Assembly: GCA_028714235.1 (NCBI GenBank)
Contig: JAQTMQ010000004.1
Span: 1-58,063 of the forward strand
Direction: 5' to 3'
Source of the DNA: Candidatus Iainarchaeum sp.
Lineage (GTDB): Archaea > Micrarchaeota > Micrarchaeia > Burarchaeales > Fermentimicrarchaeaceae
DNA: 58,063 nucleotides
Made by a program: the position numbers and the translations under genes
Notes under the pieces: generated by a model
Database searches by the model: none
Told to the model about the DNA's origin: nothing
Seen by the model: only the letters and a program-made list of their open reading frames with translations
In this document: piece after piece, positions 18,024 to 27,004 of the stretch
Numbering within the stretch: position 1 is the first letter of the stretch
How the letters are laid out: every line of letters begins with the position of its first letter

Positions 18024-19496
18024 ATGAGGATTGCAGTGCTCACTCCGCCGTTGCTTTCCCAGAAGGGGGACGTTTTGGGGAGCGGGATACCGTTTTGGCC
18101 CATCGAGGCGGCCTACGTCGCGGCAGCGCTGCGCGCAGCCGGCCACGGCGTGAAGGTGGTTGACGGCTTCGGCGAGGCGCCGAAAAGGAAGTGGGATTAC
18201 CGGGGCGGATACGTAGTCCAGGGCCTGAAGCCCGGGGAATCAGCCGCCAAAATCCCTCCGGAAACCGGGATGGTCGTGCTCTCGACCGGCGCTTCCGCTT
18301 CGGCCAATTCCACTTCGTCCTACTCGTTGTCGCTTGAGCTCGTCAGCCTCGCCAAAAAGTCTGGGCGCGCCAAAATCGTCGCAACCGGCCTCCTCGCAAC
18401 GAACTACTTCAAGGACTTCCTGGAAGCGGGGGCGGACTTCGTGGTTCTCGGCGAGCCCGAGGAAACCGTTTCCCTGCTCGCGTCGGGAAAGGCGAGGCCC
18501 GAATCGCTTGACGGAATCGCGTTCAGGCGCGCGGGAAGGCTCGTCGTGAAGCCGAAAACCAGGTTCATCGCGGACCTGGACTCGCTTCCCTTCCCCGCAT
18601 TCGAATTGTTCCCGCTTGAAAGCTATTGGGGCATCGGCTACGCGCACGGTCCGATAAAGGGGAAATACCTCCCCATCCTCGCCTCAAGGGGCTGCCCGTA
18701 CTGCTGCGCGTTCTGCGCCGTCCCCGCGGCCTCGCAAAGGAAGTGGCGGCCTCGCTCGGCGGAAAACGTCGTGGACGAGATGGAGCGAGGCGTGAAGGAG
18801 TTCGGGGTGCGCGACTTCCACTTCGAGGACTACAACCCGACTTTCGGCAAGGAAAGGGTGGTTTCCCTCTGCAAGGAGATTCTCAAGCGGAAGCTCAAGA
18901 TAAGCTGGAAGCTCGCCGCGGGAAGCAAGGCCGAGACGCTTGACGCGAAGATGCTCTGGTGGATGAAAAAGGCGGGGTGCGACTACATCTCGATCTCGCC
19001 TGAATCCGGCTCGCCGCGCGTGCTCAGGCTCATGAAAAAGCCTTTCGACCACGCGCACGGCCTCGAGGCCGTCAGGCTCATGCATTCGCTCGGAATCGTG
19101 TCGCAGGCGTGCTTCGTGCTCGGCTTTCCCGGGGAAACCGACGAGGACCTCGCCTTGACCAAGGACTACGTCGGCAAGCTCGCGCGTGCCGGCCTTGACG
19201 AAATCGCGCTCTTCATCATGACGCCTCTTCCCGGCTCGGAAGCGATGCGGGAAGGGAAATGGGATTATCGCGAGGTCGAGGAGCTGACGTTCTCGCCCAA
19301 ATGGAGGAAGGATTACGGGCGGCTTGCCCGCGCAAGGCGGGACCTCTACCTCCACTTTTTCGCGTTGAAATCCCTGAGCCACCCAGGAAGGATGGCGAAA
19401 AGCGCGCTGAACGTGCTGAGGAGGAAGTACGACACCAAGACGGAGATGACCGCGTACCGCGCCTTCACGATGCTCAGGCCGAGGCTCCGGCGCTAG
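18024..19496 (+). CDS. B12-binding-domain radical SAM enzyme
   Basis: CxxxCxxC cluster motif in ILASRGCPYCCAFCAV, preceded by a Rossmann-like N-terminal domain (RIAVLTPP..., IVATGLLATNYF..ADFVVLGEPE) as in class B radical SAM proteins. Confidence 0.85.
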   Translation: MRIAVLTPPLLSQKGDVLGSGIPFWPIEAAYVAAALRAAGHGVKVVDGFGEAPKRKWDYRGGYVVQGLKPGESAAKIPPETGMVVLSTGASASANSTSSYSLSLELVSLAKKSGRAKIVATGLLATNYFKDFLEAGADFVVLGEPEETVSLLASGKARPESLDGIAFRRAGRLVVKPKTRFIADLDSLPFPAFELFPLESYWGIGYAHGPIKGKYLPILASRGCPYCCAFCAVPAASQRKWRPRSAENVVDEMERGVKEFGVRDFHFEDYNPTFGKERVVSLCKEILKRKLKISWKLAAGSKAETLDAKMLWWMKKAGCDYISISPESGSPRVLRLMKKPFDHAHGLEAVRLMHSLGIVSQACFVLGFPGETDEDLALTKDYVGKLARAGLDEIALFIMTPLPGSEAMREGKWDYREVEELTFSPKWRKDYGRLARARRDLYLHFFALKSLSHPGRMAKSALNVLRRKYDTKTEMTAYRAFTMLRPRLRR

Positions 19497-20908
19497 TCGA
19501 CCGTGACGTAATTCTGGAAGCCTTTCCTTGCCTCGCGCCATTCCGCGTTGGTTCCGTTCGCGACGATGTGCTCGGCGGTCCTGATTCCCATGTCCATGCA
19601 GTCGAGCATTCCGGCGTAGTTGAAGCTCCCGTTCCTGCCTATCGCGAAAAAGTTGTCAATCCGGTCCAGGAAGCCGAGGGACTCCTTGAGCCGTTCCTCG
19701 TACCTGGCGTCGTAAACAGGGTAAGCGAGCTCCATCCTGAACGCGCCCGTCCCTGCCACCTCGTTCCGGGCGATGACTTCCGCCTCGGCGAGGTCGGACA
19801 CCACCCGCTCGCACACCTGCTTTTCGCCCGCATTCCACAAAACGTCGTCCGGCGAGCACGTTATCTCCGCGCACACCGCGCTCATGCCCTCCGGAACCAT
19901 CTCCGCGCTGAATCCCTTCTGCTCGTAAACCCTGTTGAAGACGTATTTCTCTTCCGGGAAGAACAGCCAGTTGTCCGGGAAAACCCGGTCCCGCCTAACG
20001 ACAATCACTGCGAGCACGAGGTTCCGGTGCGAAAGCTTTCCCGCGGCCTCGATTACGGGTGGCGGAAGCTGCGGCTCGAAAAGCGAGGCCGCCTCGGCGA
20101 GCGGAATCGTCGAGACCACGTGCGTCGGCTCGAACCAGAGCTTCCTTCCCCGGCTTTCGTACTCGACCTTGGCCACCCGGTTCCCTTCGCAAACTATTCT
20201 TGAGGGGCGCGAGCCGAACAATATTTTCCCGCCCTTGCCGCGGATTCGCCCGGCCATTTTTTCCGAGAGCTCGAAGACCCCTTTCCTCGGGTAATAGAAC
20301 TCCTTCGCGCTGATTTCCGGCCTTCCCCCGTCCCCCGCGACGAGGCGCTTCGCCAGGTCGAGCAGGCTCGGCACCGCGATGCGGCTTTTCGCGAGCGACG
20401 CCGAAAGCCCGCGCGGCTCCCCCCACACCTTGCGCGCGTAAGGCCCGAAAATCAGGCGGTACGTCCCGCCCCCGAACCGCTCCATCATGTAGGACTCGTA
20501 CGAGTCCTCCCGCGGCTTCGAGATTTTCGAGCGCGCGAGGGCGAAGGCGTAGCGCGCGCCAATGTCCGCCGTGACGAGGGGGCTCATCTTCAGGAGCAGC
20601 TCCCGCATTTTCACCGGGAAGCCAAAGTATTTCCCGAGCAGCCTCATCCTGCTCCGCTTCGGGACGGAGAGGAGCTCGCCCCTGCCGAAAAGCGATTCCA
20701 CCTCTTTTTTTATGCGTGGGTTCTGCGTGTAAATCTTGTGCGGCCCGTAGTCCAGGCGCATTCCCTTCCACGAAAAGGTCTTCGATTGCCCGCCGACCTC
20801 GTCCCCCTTCTCGAGGACGGCCACTTCGGCCCCGGCTTCTGCAAGCTTCCAGCCCGCGCTCAGGCCCGAAGGCCCGGCGCCCAAAATGAGAACCCGCGCG
20901 CCAGCCAT
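19493..20908 (-). CDS. FAD/NAD(P)-binding oxidoreductase (amine-oxidase / phytoene-desaturase-like fold)
   Basis: N-terminal dinucleotide-binding motif VLILGAGPSGLSAGWKLAEAGAEVAVLEKGDEVGG. 471 aa. Confidence 0.8.
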   Translation of the reverse strand: MAGARVLILGAGPSGLSAGWKLAEAGAEVAVLEKGDEVGGQSKTFSWKGMRLDYGPHKIYTQNPRIKKEVESLFGRGELLSVPKRSRMRLLGKYFGFPVKMRELLLKMSPLVTADIGARYAFALARSKISKPREDSYESYMMERFGGGTYRLIFGPYARKVWGEPRGLSASLAKSRIAVPSLLDLAKRLVAGDGGRPEISAKEFYYPRKGVFELSEKMAGRIRGKGGKILFGSRPSRIVCEGNRVAKVEYESRGRKLWFEPTHVVSTIPLAEAASLFEPQLPPPVIEAAGKLSHRNLVLAVIVVRRDRVFPDNWLFFPEEKYVFNRVYEQKGFSAEMVPEGMSAVCAEITCSPDDVLWNAGEKQVCERVVSDLAEAEVIARNEVAGTGAFRMELAYPVYDARYEERLKESLGFLDRIDNFFAIGRNGSFNYAGMLDCMDMGIRTAEHIVANGTNAEWREARKGFQNYVTVD

Positions 20909-20914
20909 GCCCGC

Positions 20915-21838
20915 TCACTCTTTCCTGACGAGGAAAAGCGTCTGCCCCGCGTAATACGTCATCGGGAACTTTTCCATCCTCAAAACGCGCGCTACCGAGC
21001 CCATCGTGTCCGAAGCGATGCTTCCGACCGGGTTTTTCGCGAGGTGCTTGAGCATCCTGATGAGGTAGGCGAGCGAAAGCGTCTGGAAATACCGCTTCCT
21101 CACGACCACGGAAAAGCCGTTCTTCTCAAGCATCGCCTTCAATGTTTTAGTCGTGAAATAGTAGAGGTGGACGGAGAGGACGAACCACCAGCGCTTCCCG
21201 AAAACGCGGGCGAACGAGCTCCCGGAATCCGGGATGTTCACGAGAAGGAACCCGCCGCGCTTGAGGAGCCGGCGCGCCTCCTTGAGCTCCGCGTCCGGGT
21301 CGGGCGTGTGCTCGAGCACGTCCCACATGGTTATCACGTCAAAGCTTTCCGCCGGAAACTTCGCTTCCCGCATCGTCGCCGCCTTCATGCGCAGGCCGAA
21401 CTGCTCGTTCCCCCATTTCACGAGCCACTTGTTCGGCTCGACGCCTTCCGCGTCCCAGCCGCGGTCCCGCGCAACCTTCAGGAAGAAGCCGGACGCGCAC
21501 CCCACGTCGAGAATCCTTCCCCCCCTTATCCCCGTCTTTTTTTCGACGAAGTCAAGCCCGCGCCTGAACGTGTCCATGCGGTTTTCGGCCTGCGAGATGT
21601 ACACCTCGTCTTCCGCCTCCGCGTAAGCGTCGACGATGACGTCCCCCTCGAAGCGGGGGTTCGCGTAAATGAGCCCGCACATCCTGCACTTGACGAGGGT
21701 GTCCGTCCCCATGACGCCCTTGGACGAGGAGTAGATGTCTTTCGGGGCGAGCGCAGTCTCCTTCCCGGCCCAGAGGACCGAGTAATCGTCCGCACCGCAA
21801 AGGTTGCACCTGACGTACTCCTTTCCGACCTTACCCAT
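20915..21838 (-). CDS. class I SAM-dependent methyltransferase with an N-terminal zinc ribbon
   Basis: CNLCGA...CRMCGLIYANP zinc ribbon followed by SAM motif I ILDVGCASGFFL and DVITMWDVLEH. Confidence 0.8.
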   Translation of the reverse strand: MGKVGKEYVRCNLCGADDYSVLWAGKETALAPKDIYSSSKGVMGTDTLVKCRMCGLIYANPRFEGDVIVDAYAEAEDEVYISQAENRMDTFRRGLDFVEKKTGIRGGRILDVGCASGFFLKVARDRGWDAEGVEPNKWLVKWGNEQFGLRMKAATMREAKFPAESFDVITMWDVLEHTPDPDAELKEARRLLKRGGFLLVNIPDSGSSFARVFGKRWWFVLSVHLYYFTTKTLKAMLEKNGFSVVVRKRYFQTLSLAYLIRMLKHLAKNPVGSIASDTMGSVARVLRMEKFPMTYYAGQTLFLVRKE

Positions 21839-21852
21839 CCCTGACCACCAAA

Positions 21853-22206
21853 TCAGCCGCGCTTGCCCTTCCCGTCCCTCTCCGTCAGGGCGACCTGCCT
21901 AACGAGCTCGCGCGTCTTCGCCTTGTAGATTTTGACTTCCCTGTAAAGAAAGTAGACGACCGCAAAGAGCCCTATCACCGAGCCCACCATCACGAGGTCG
22001 ATGGCGCGGTAGGAGAAAACCTTCGTGTCCGTGAGCGGGAAAAGTGTTGCAGAAATTATTGAAAGCCCGGCAAGCGAGCCCCACACCGCAACCCAGAGCG
22101 CGAGCTCGCGGACCTTGAAGACGCCTTTCCTGTACTGCGTGAACGCGTTGTACAGGAAGAACGCGCTCACGAGAAGCCCGGAAAGCTGGACAATCGTCAA
22201 GTCCAT
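21853..22206 (-). CDS. small multi-TM protein (DUF2304-like partner of GT2)
   Basis: Start taken at the internal ATG (MDLTIVQLSGLLVSAFFLYNAF...). About four hydrophobic helices and a basic tail. It overlaps the upstream GT2 gene by 10 nt. The family name is from memory of the GT2+DUF2304 pairing. Confidence 0.55.
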   Translation of the reverse strand: MDLTIVQLSGLLVSAFFLYNAFTQYRKGVFKVRELALWVAVWGSLAGLSIISATLFPLTDTKVFSYRAIDLVMVGSVIGLFAVVYFLYREVKIYKAKTRELVRQVALTERDGKGKRG

Positions 22207-22913
22207 CTCGAAACCCTCCAAAACAGCAATCGCGCAAAAATCTTGATGCCGGTCACCACGTCCGTCCCCTTGGCCCTGGTCCAGGAGTCGTATTTTGCGG
22301 GTATTGGCACCTCGCAATATTTAATCCCTCTTTTCGCCGTCTCCCACGCTATCTCCGAGCAGATTTCGTACCCGTCCGACTCGAGGCGAAGCCGGTTCCA
22401 CGCCTCCCCGGTCATTGCGCGGAACCCGGTCTGCGTGTCCGTGAAACGCCCCCCTGAAAAAAGGTTGGTCGCCCAGGTCAAAAAGCCGTTCCCGAAGCGC
22501 TTCACGAGCGGCATGTTCCCGGTTTCCCCGCTGCGCGTCGTGAAGACCGCCTCCCACCCCTCCCCGATTTTCAGCAAAAGCCTGGGGATGAGCTCTGGCG
22601 GGTGCTGCCCGTCCGCGTCAATGAAAACGATTGCGCCCGCCCGCATCCCTTCGATCGCGCGCTCCGCGCCAATCCGGCTCGCGAAGCCCACGCCCATGTT
22701 CACCGGGACGCGGAGCACGCTCGCGCCCGCCTTCCCCGCGGCCTCGCCGGTCGCGTCCATGCTCCCGTCGTCTACTACGAGCACCTCGTCAACGTAGCGG
22801 GATGATTCCCTGACCACTCCCGCGACGCGCGCCTCCTCGTTGAAAGCCGGGATTACCGCGACGGTCTTGCATAGCGCGCCCCGGCTGGCGATGGCCACTG
22901 AAGCGCTTGGCAT
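22197..22913 (-). CDS. glycosyltransferase family 2, polyprenyl-phosphate glycosyltransferase-like
   Basis: AVIPAFNEEARV..VLVVDDGSMDATG..VNMGVGFA, short (238 aa) DPM1/GtrB-like architecture. Confidence 0.8.
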   Translation of the reverse strand: MPSASVAIASRGALCKTVAVIPAFNEEARVAGVVRESSRYVDEVLVVDDGSMDATGEAAGKAGASVLRVPVNMGVGFASRIGAERAIEGMRAGAIVFIDADGQHPPELIPRLLLKIGEGWEAVFTTRSGETGNMPLVKRFGNGFLTWATNLFSGGRFTDTQTGFRAMTGEAWNRLRLESDGYEICSEIAWETAKRGIKYCEVPIPAKYDSWTRAKGTDVVTGIKIFARLLFWRVSRWT

Positions 22914-23001
22914 TACAGAAGATTTTGAATCCCCCCATTTTTAATAAACGCGGGGCTGAAGCACGGCGCGCAACACGCCTTCCCTTGCGTCGCCCATTAA
23001 C

Positions 23002-23967
23002 TCACCCAAAAACAAGCTTCCTGTACCATGGCAGGGTTGCCTTCAGGCCCTCCGCCATCCCAATCCTCGCTTTCCATCCGAGCGCCTTCGCGGCCTTCTC
23101 GCTCGAAAGCCTCTGCTCCGGAATCTCGTTCCTCGCGGTCGAAAGGATGCGCGTGCCAATTTTTTTCCCAGCGGCCTCGCCCACCTTTTTCACGACCTCG
23201 AGCACGGACAGGCTTTCCCCGCTCGAGAAATTGAACGCCTCGCCTTTCGCCGAGTCCATCTTCTCCGCAAGCCTGAGGTAGCCTTCAGCTGCATCATCCA
23301 CGTGCAGGTACTCGCGAATCATCTTGCCGTCGCTCCTAATCTCAAGAGCAGTATTAGTGAGCGCCGCCCTAATCGCTCCGGGCACAATCCTGTTGAAGTT
23401 CAAGTCCCCTGGCCCGTAAATGTTCCCGAAGCGCGTCACGGCAACCGGCAGGCCGTAAGTCTTCCCGTAAGCAATGCTAATCAGGTCCGAGCACGACTTG
23501 CTCACCTCGTAGGGCTCGTCGCCGGAAAGCGGCATTCCCTCGACATAAGGCAGCACCGCGGATTTCCCGTACGCCTTGTCCGAGGACGCGACCACGACCG
23601 CTTTCACCTTCTCCGACCTGCGCGCGGCCTCGAGCACGTTGAACGTCCCGTCAACGTTGGACCTGAGCGTCTCAAGCGGCTCGGAGAGCGCGACAGGCAC
23701 GATTGGCTGCGCCCCGAGATGCATTATCGCGTCAACCTCGTAACGCGAAACCACGTTACTCACGCGGTCGAAGTCCTTCAAGTCCCCGTAAGCAAGGACC
23801 GCCTTTGAATCGAGGCCTTCGGTGAAGAAATAAGACTTCGGGTCCCTCGAGCGCGCGAGCGCGACGACCGACGCGCCCCTATCCAAAAGCATTCCGGCCA
23901 CGTGGCTTCCCACCATGCCCGTCGCCCCGGTCACGAGAACAGTCTTGCCTTTCCAGAACCCGTCCAT
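23002..23967 (-). CDS. rfbG: CDP-glucose 4,6-dehydratase-like SDR
   Basis: FWKGKTVLVTGATGMVGSH N-terminus, catalytic YEVSK, and a position immediately downstream of rfbF. The exact substrate is inferred from context. Confidence 0.65.
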   Translation of the reverse strand: MDGFWKGKTVLVTGATGMVGSHVAGMLLDRGASVVALARSRDPKSYFFTEGLDSKAVLAYGDLKDFDRVSNVVSRYEVDAIMHLGAQPIVPVALSEPLETLRSNVDGTFNVLEAARRSEKVKAVVVASSDKAYGKSAVLPYVEGMPLSGDEPYEVSKSCSDLISIAYGKTYGLPVAVTRFGNIYGPGDLNFNRIVPGAIRAALTNTALEIRSDGKMIREYLHVDDAAEGYLRLAEKMDSAKGEAFNFSSGESLSVLEVVKKVGEAAGKKIGTRILSTARNEIPEQRLSSEKAAKALGWKARIGMAEGLKATLPWYRKLVFG

Positions 23968-24738
23968 TCAATCAGCCCAAACCTTCCAAGGCGCCTTGCC
24001 CGACGCCCACAAGCCGTCGAGCTCGTTCCTGTCCCGAAGAGTGTCCATCGGCTTCCAGAAGCCCTCGTGCTTGCGCGCAACCATCTTCCCTTCAGCCGCA
24101 AGCCTTTCCACAGGCCCGGCCTCCCAGGAAGTAGCGTCCCCCTCGATGTAATCCAGAACCTCGGGCTCGAGCACGAAATAGCCTCCGTTAATCCACGCGC
24201 CGTCGCCCGGGGGCTTTTCGAGGAAGCGGCGCACCTTCTCCCCGTCAAGGTCAAGCGCCCCGAACCTTCCCGGCGGCTCGACTGCGGTGACTGTCGCCGC
24301 CTTCCCGTGCTTCTTGTGGAACGCGGCAAGCTCGGAGATGTCCACGTCCGAAACCCCGTCCCCGTACGTCATCATGAACGTGCCGTCCAAGTGCCTTCCC
24401 ACGCGCTTCAGCCGGCCCCCGGTCTGCGTATTCACCCCGGTGTCAACGAGCGTGATGTTCCAGTCCTCGGCCTTCGAGCTGTCCACGTAAACCTTGTTCT
24501 GCCGGAGGCTAATCGTCACATCCGACCTGTGAAGAAAATAGTTCGCGAAATACTCTTTCAGCATGTACCCCTTGTAGCCGAGGCAGATGACGAAGTCGTT
24601 GCAGCCGTAATGCGAGTAAGACTTCATGATATGCCAGATTATGGGCATGCCCCCGATGTCCACCATGGGCTTGGGCCTCACGCCCGTCTCCTCGGAGAGC
24701 CGCGTGCCGAGGCCGCCTGCAAGAATAACCACTTTCAT
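23968..24738 (-). CDS. rfbF: glucose-1-phosphate cytidylyltransferase
   Basis: MKVVILAGGLGTRLSEETGVRPKPMVDIGGMPIIWHIMKSYSHYGCNDFVICLGYKGYMLKEYFANYFLH is a near-textbook RfbF N-terminus. Confidence 0.85.
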   Translation of the reverse strand: MKVVILAGGLGTRLSEETGVRPKPMVDIGGMPIIWHIMKSYSHYGCNDFVICLGYKGYMLKEYFANYFLHRSDVTISLRQNKVYVDSSKAEDWNITLVDTGVNTQTGGRLKRVGRHLDGTFMMTYGDGVSDVDISELAAFHKKHGKAATVTAVEPPGRFGALDLDGEKVRRFLEKPPGDGAWINGGYFVLEPEVLDYIEGDATSWEAGPVERLAAEGKMVARKHEGFWKPMDTLRDRNELDGLWASGKAPWKVWAD

Positions 24739-24868
24739 GAAACCACTTCGCAACCCTTAACGTTTTACCCGTTTTACAGTTATAAAGCGTATTGGCGTAA
24801 CCCGCCGAGGCAAACTTAATTAACAATATTTCGCATAATTGCTTGCATCCTATCGGTATCGTGGTCAC

Positions 24869-25750
24869 ATGAAAGTCCTTGTTTTGGGAGGCAGCGGAAT
24901 GCTCGGCTCCCGCTTCGTTGAAAGCCGCCTCGCGGCCGGAGACAGCGTCGTTTACACCTACAACAAGAACAGCATAGCCCTCAAAGGCGCGAAGGGCGTC
25001 CCCCTAAACGCCGAGGACTACGACTCAATCATCCGCCTCGTAGAAGCCGAAAAGCCCGGCCTCGTCATAGACACCATCGCCCACCCGAGCGTCGACTTCT
25101 GCGACAAGGACCCAATCTCGGCCTACAAGATTAACTCCGCCTCCTGCGAGGCCGCCGCAATCGCCGCAAGGAAAATTGGCGCAAAGCTGGTTTACATCTC
25201 CACAGCATTCGTGTTCGGAATCCGCGAGGGCCTGCTCACCGAGGAGGACACCCCGAACCCCATCTGCGCCTACGGCTACCTCAAGCTCCTCGGCGAAGAG
25301 GCGGCAAAAATCGCGCCCGACCACGTCATACTCCGCACGGACCAGGTGTTCGGCTGGACGCGGCCGGGCCAGAAAAAAACGTTCGTGGTCACGAACCTCG
25401 AAAAAATGGAGAGGGGCGAGGAGGCGGAAGTCTGCGAGGACTGGTTCAACTGCCCCACTTACGTGGAGGACCTCGTCCCCGCGGCTAACGCCCTCGCCGG
25501 CAGCGGAAAGACGGGCATCTACCACGCCGTGGGAAGCAGCTTCCTCAACCGCGTTGAATGGTGCAAGATGATTGCGCGCGAGTTCGGGGAGGACGAGTCC
25601 CTCGTAACCCCAATCAACTCCGCTAAGCTCAACCTTCCCGCCAAGCGCTCGAAATGCAACCTCTCCAACCAGAAAATCATTCGCGACTCCGGCGTAAAGA
25701 TGCGGACCGTGGGAGAAGCCCTCAAGGACATGAAGAAAACGAGGAATTAG
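24869..25750 (+). CDS. RmlD-like NAD(P)-dependent NDP-sugar reductase/epimerase
   Basis: MKVLVLGGSGMLGSRF, AYGYLKLLGE (YxxxK), RmlD substrate-binding-domain length. Start at the ATG 24869 inside the track ORF. Confidence 0.7.
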   Translation: MKVLVLGGSGMLGSRFVESRLAAGDSVVYTYNKNSIALKGAKGVPLNAEDYDSIIRLVEAEKPGLVIDTIAHPSVDFCDKDPISAYKINSASCEAAAIAARKIGAKLVYISTAFVFGIREGLLTEEDTPNPICAYGYLKLLGEEAAKIAPDHVILRTDQVFGWTRPGQKKTFVVTNLEKMERGEEAEVCEDWFNCPTYVEDLVPAANALAGSGKTGIYHAVGSSFLNRVEWCKMIAREFGEDESLVTPINSAKLNLPAKRSKCNLSNQKIIRDSGVKMRTVGEALKDMKKTRN

Positions 25751-25768
25751 CCGAACGGAGTGTTCCGA

Positions 25769-27001
25769 ATGCCCGGCAAAGTCGAAAAATGCAGGATTTG
25801 CGGCAACCCGGAGCTCAAGCTGTTCCTTCCGCTGGGCACAATGGCGCTCGCGAACAGCTTCATAAAGCGCGAAGACCTCGGAAAGCCCGAGCCCAAGTTC
25901 CCGCTCAACGCCGTCTTCTGCGAGGCTTGCGGCCTGGTCCAGCTCGACTACGTCGTGCCCCCCGAAGTCCTCTTCAGCCACTACGTCTACTTCTCCTCCA
26001 CTTCCGAGACCCTGAGGCGCCACTTCGCCGCATACGCGCACGAGATACATGACGGCTTCACCGCGCCCGGCTCCCTCGTGGTCGAGGTCGCGAGCAACGA
26101 CGGCGTGCTCCTCAAGAACCTGGTCGGGAAAAACGTGAAAATCCTCGGGGTCGAGCCCGCGACAAACATCGCCGAAGTCGCGAGGAAGGCGGGCGTCCCG
26201 ACGCTCAACGAGTTCTTCAGCCTGCAAACAGCGAAGAGAATCGCGAAAGAATACGGTAAGGCCTCCGCAATCACCGGGAACAACGTTTTCGCGCACGTGG
26301 GCGACCTGCACGACTTCGTGGAGGGCCTGCGCGCCCTCCTCGCGCCGGGCGGAGCAGTCCTGATAGAGGTTCCATACCTCGCCGATTTCTACAGGAAGAA
26401 GGAGTTCGACACCATCTACCACGAGCACCTCGCGGTCTATTCCCTCAAGCCCCTCATCCGCCTCTTCGGCATGCACGGCATGCAGATATTCGACGTGAAG
26501 GCGGAGCCAGTGCAAGGGGGCTCGATACGGTTTTACGCACAGCTCGCCGGAGGCCCGAGGAAGGTTTCGCCGCGGGTCGCCGAATTCCTGGAAGAGGAGG
26601 AAAAGCTCGGCCTCCACGGCTTGAAGGCGTACGAGGGCTTCTCACGGGACGTTGCCGCCATGAAGTCGAGGCTCGTCTCCATGCTCGGAGGCATGAGACG
26701 GGAGGGCAAGCGCATCGCGGCTTACGGCGCCGCAGCGAAAGGCAACACGCTCCTCAACTACTTCCAAATCGGCCCCGAAACCATAGAGTACTGCGTGGAC
26801 CGCAACCCGGCGAAAGTCGGCTTCCTCACCCCAGGAATGCACATCCCGGTGGTGGGCGTGGAAAGGCTCGCGGAGGACAAGCCGGACTACCTTCTCATCC
26901 TCGCCTGGAACCTCGCGGAAGAAATAATGTCGCAGCAGGCGGAATACAAAAATGCGGGAGGAAAATTCATCATCCCGATTCCCGAGCCCCGCATCGTTTG
27001 A
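25769..27001 (+). CDS. NDP-hexose C-methyltransferase (TylCIII-like, Zn-binding N-terminus plus C-terminal C-MT domain)
   Basis: CRICGNPEL...CEACGLVQL zinc motif, then HYVYFSSTSETLRRHF and a class I methyltransferase core (VVEVASNDGVLL). GGAG lies 8 nt upstream of the ATG at 25769; a GTG at 25760 is an alternative start. Confidence 0.8.
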   Translation: MPGKVEKCRICGNPELKLFLPLGTMALANSFIKREDLGKPEPKFPLNAVFCEACGLVQLDYVVPPEVLFSHYVYFSSTSETLRRHFAAYAHEIHDGFTAPGSLVVEVASNDGVLLKNLVGKNVKILGVEPATNIAEVARKAGVPTLNEFFSLQTAKRIAKEYGKASAITGNNVFAHVGDLHDFVEGLRALLAPGGAVLIEVPYLADFYRKKEFDTIYHEHLAVYSLKPLIRLFGMHGMQIFDVKAEPVQGGSIRFYAQLAGGPRKVSPRVAEFLEEEEKLGLHGLKAYEGFSRDVAAMKSRLVSMLGGMRREGKRIAAYGAAAKGNTLLNYFQIGPETIEYCVDRNPAKVGFLTPGMHIPVVGVERLAEDKPDYLLILAWNLAEEIMSQQAEYKNAGGKFIIPIPEPRIV

Positions 27002-27004
27002 ATC

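Noticed and set aside
25025-26617. 530-aa minus-strand ORF spanning two plus-strand sugar genes
   Set aside because: It is antisense to the well-supported RmlD-like and C-methyltransferase genes and crosses their intergenic gap. Its composition is Glu/Val/Arg/Gly-rich junk.
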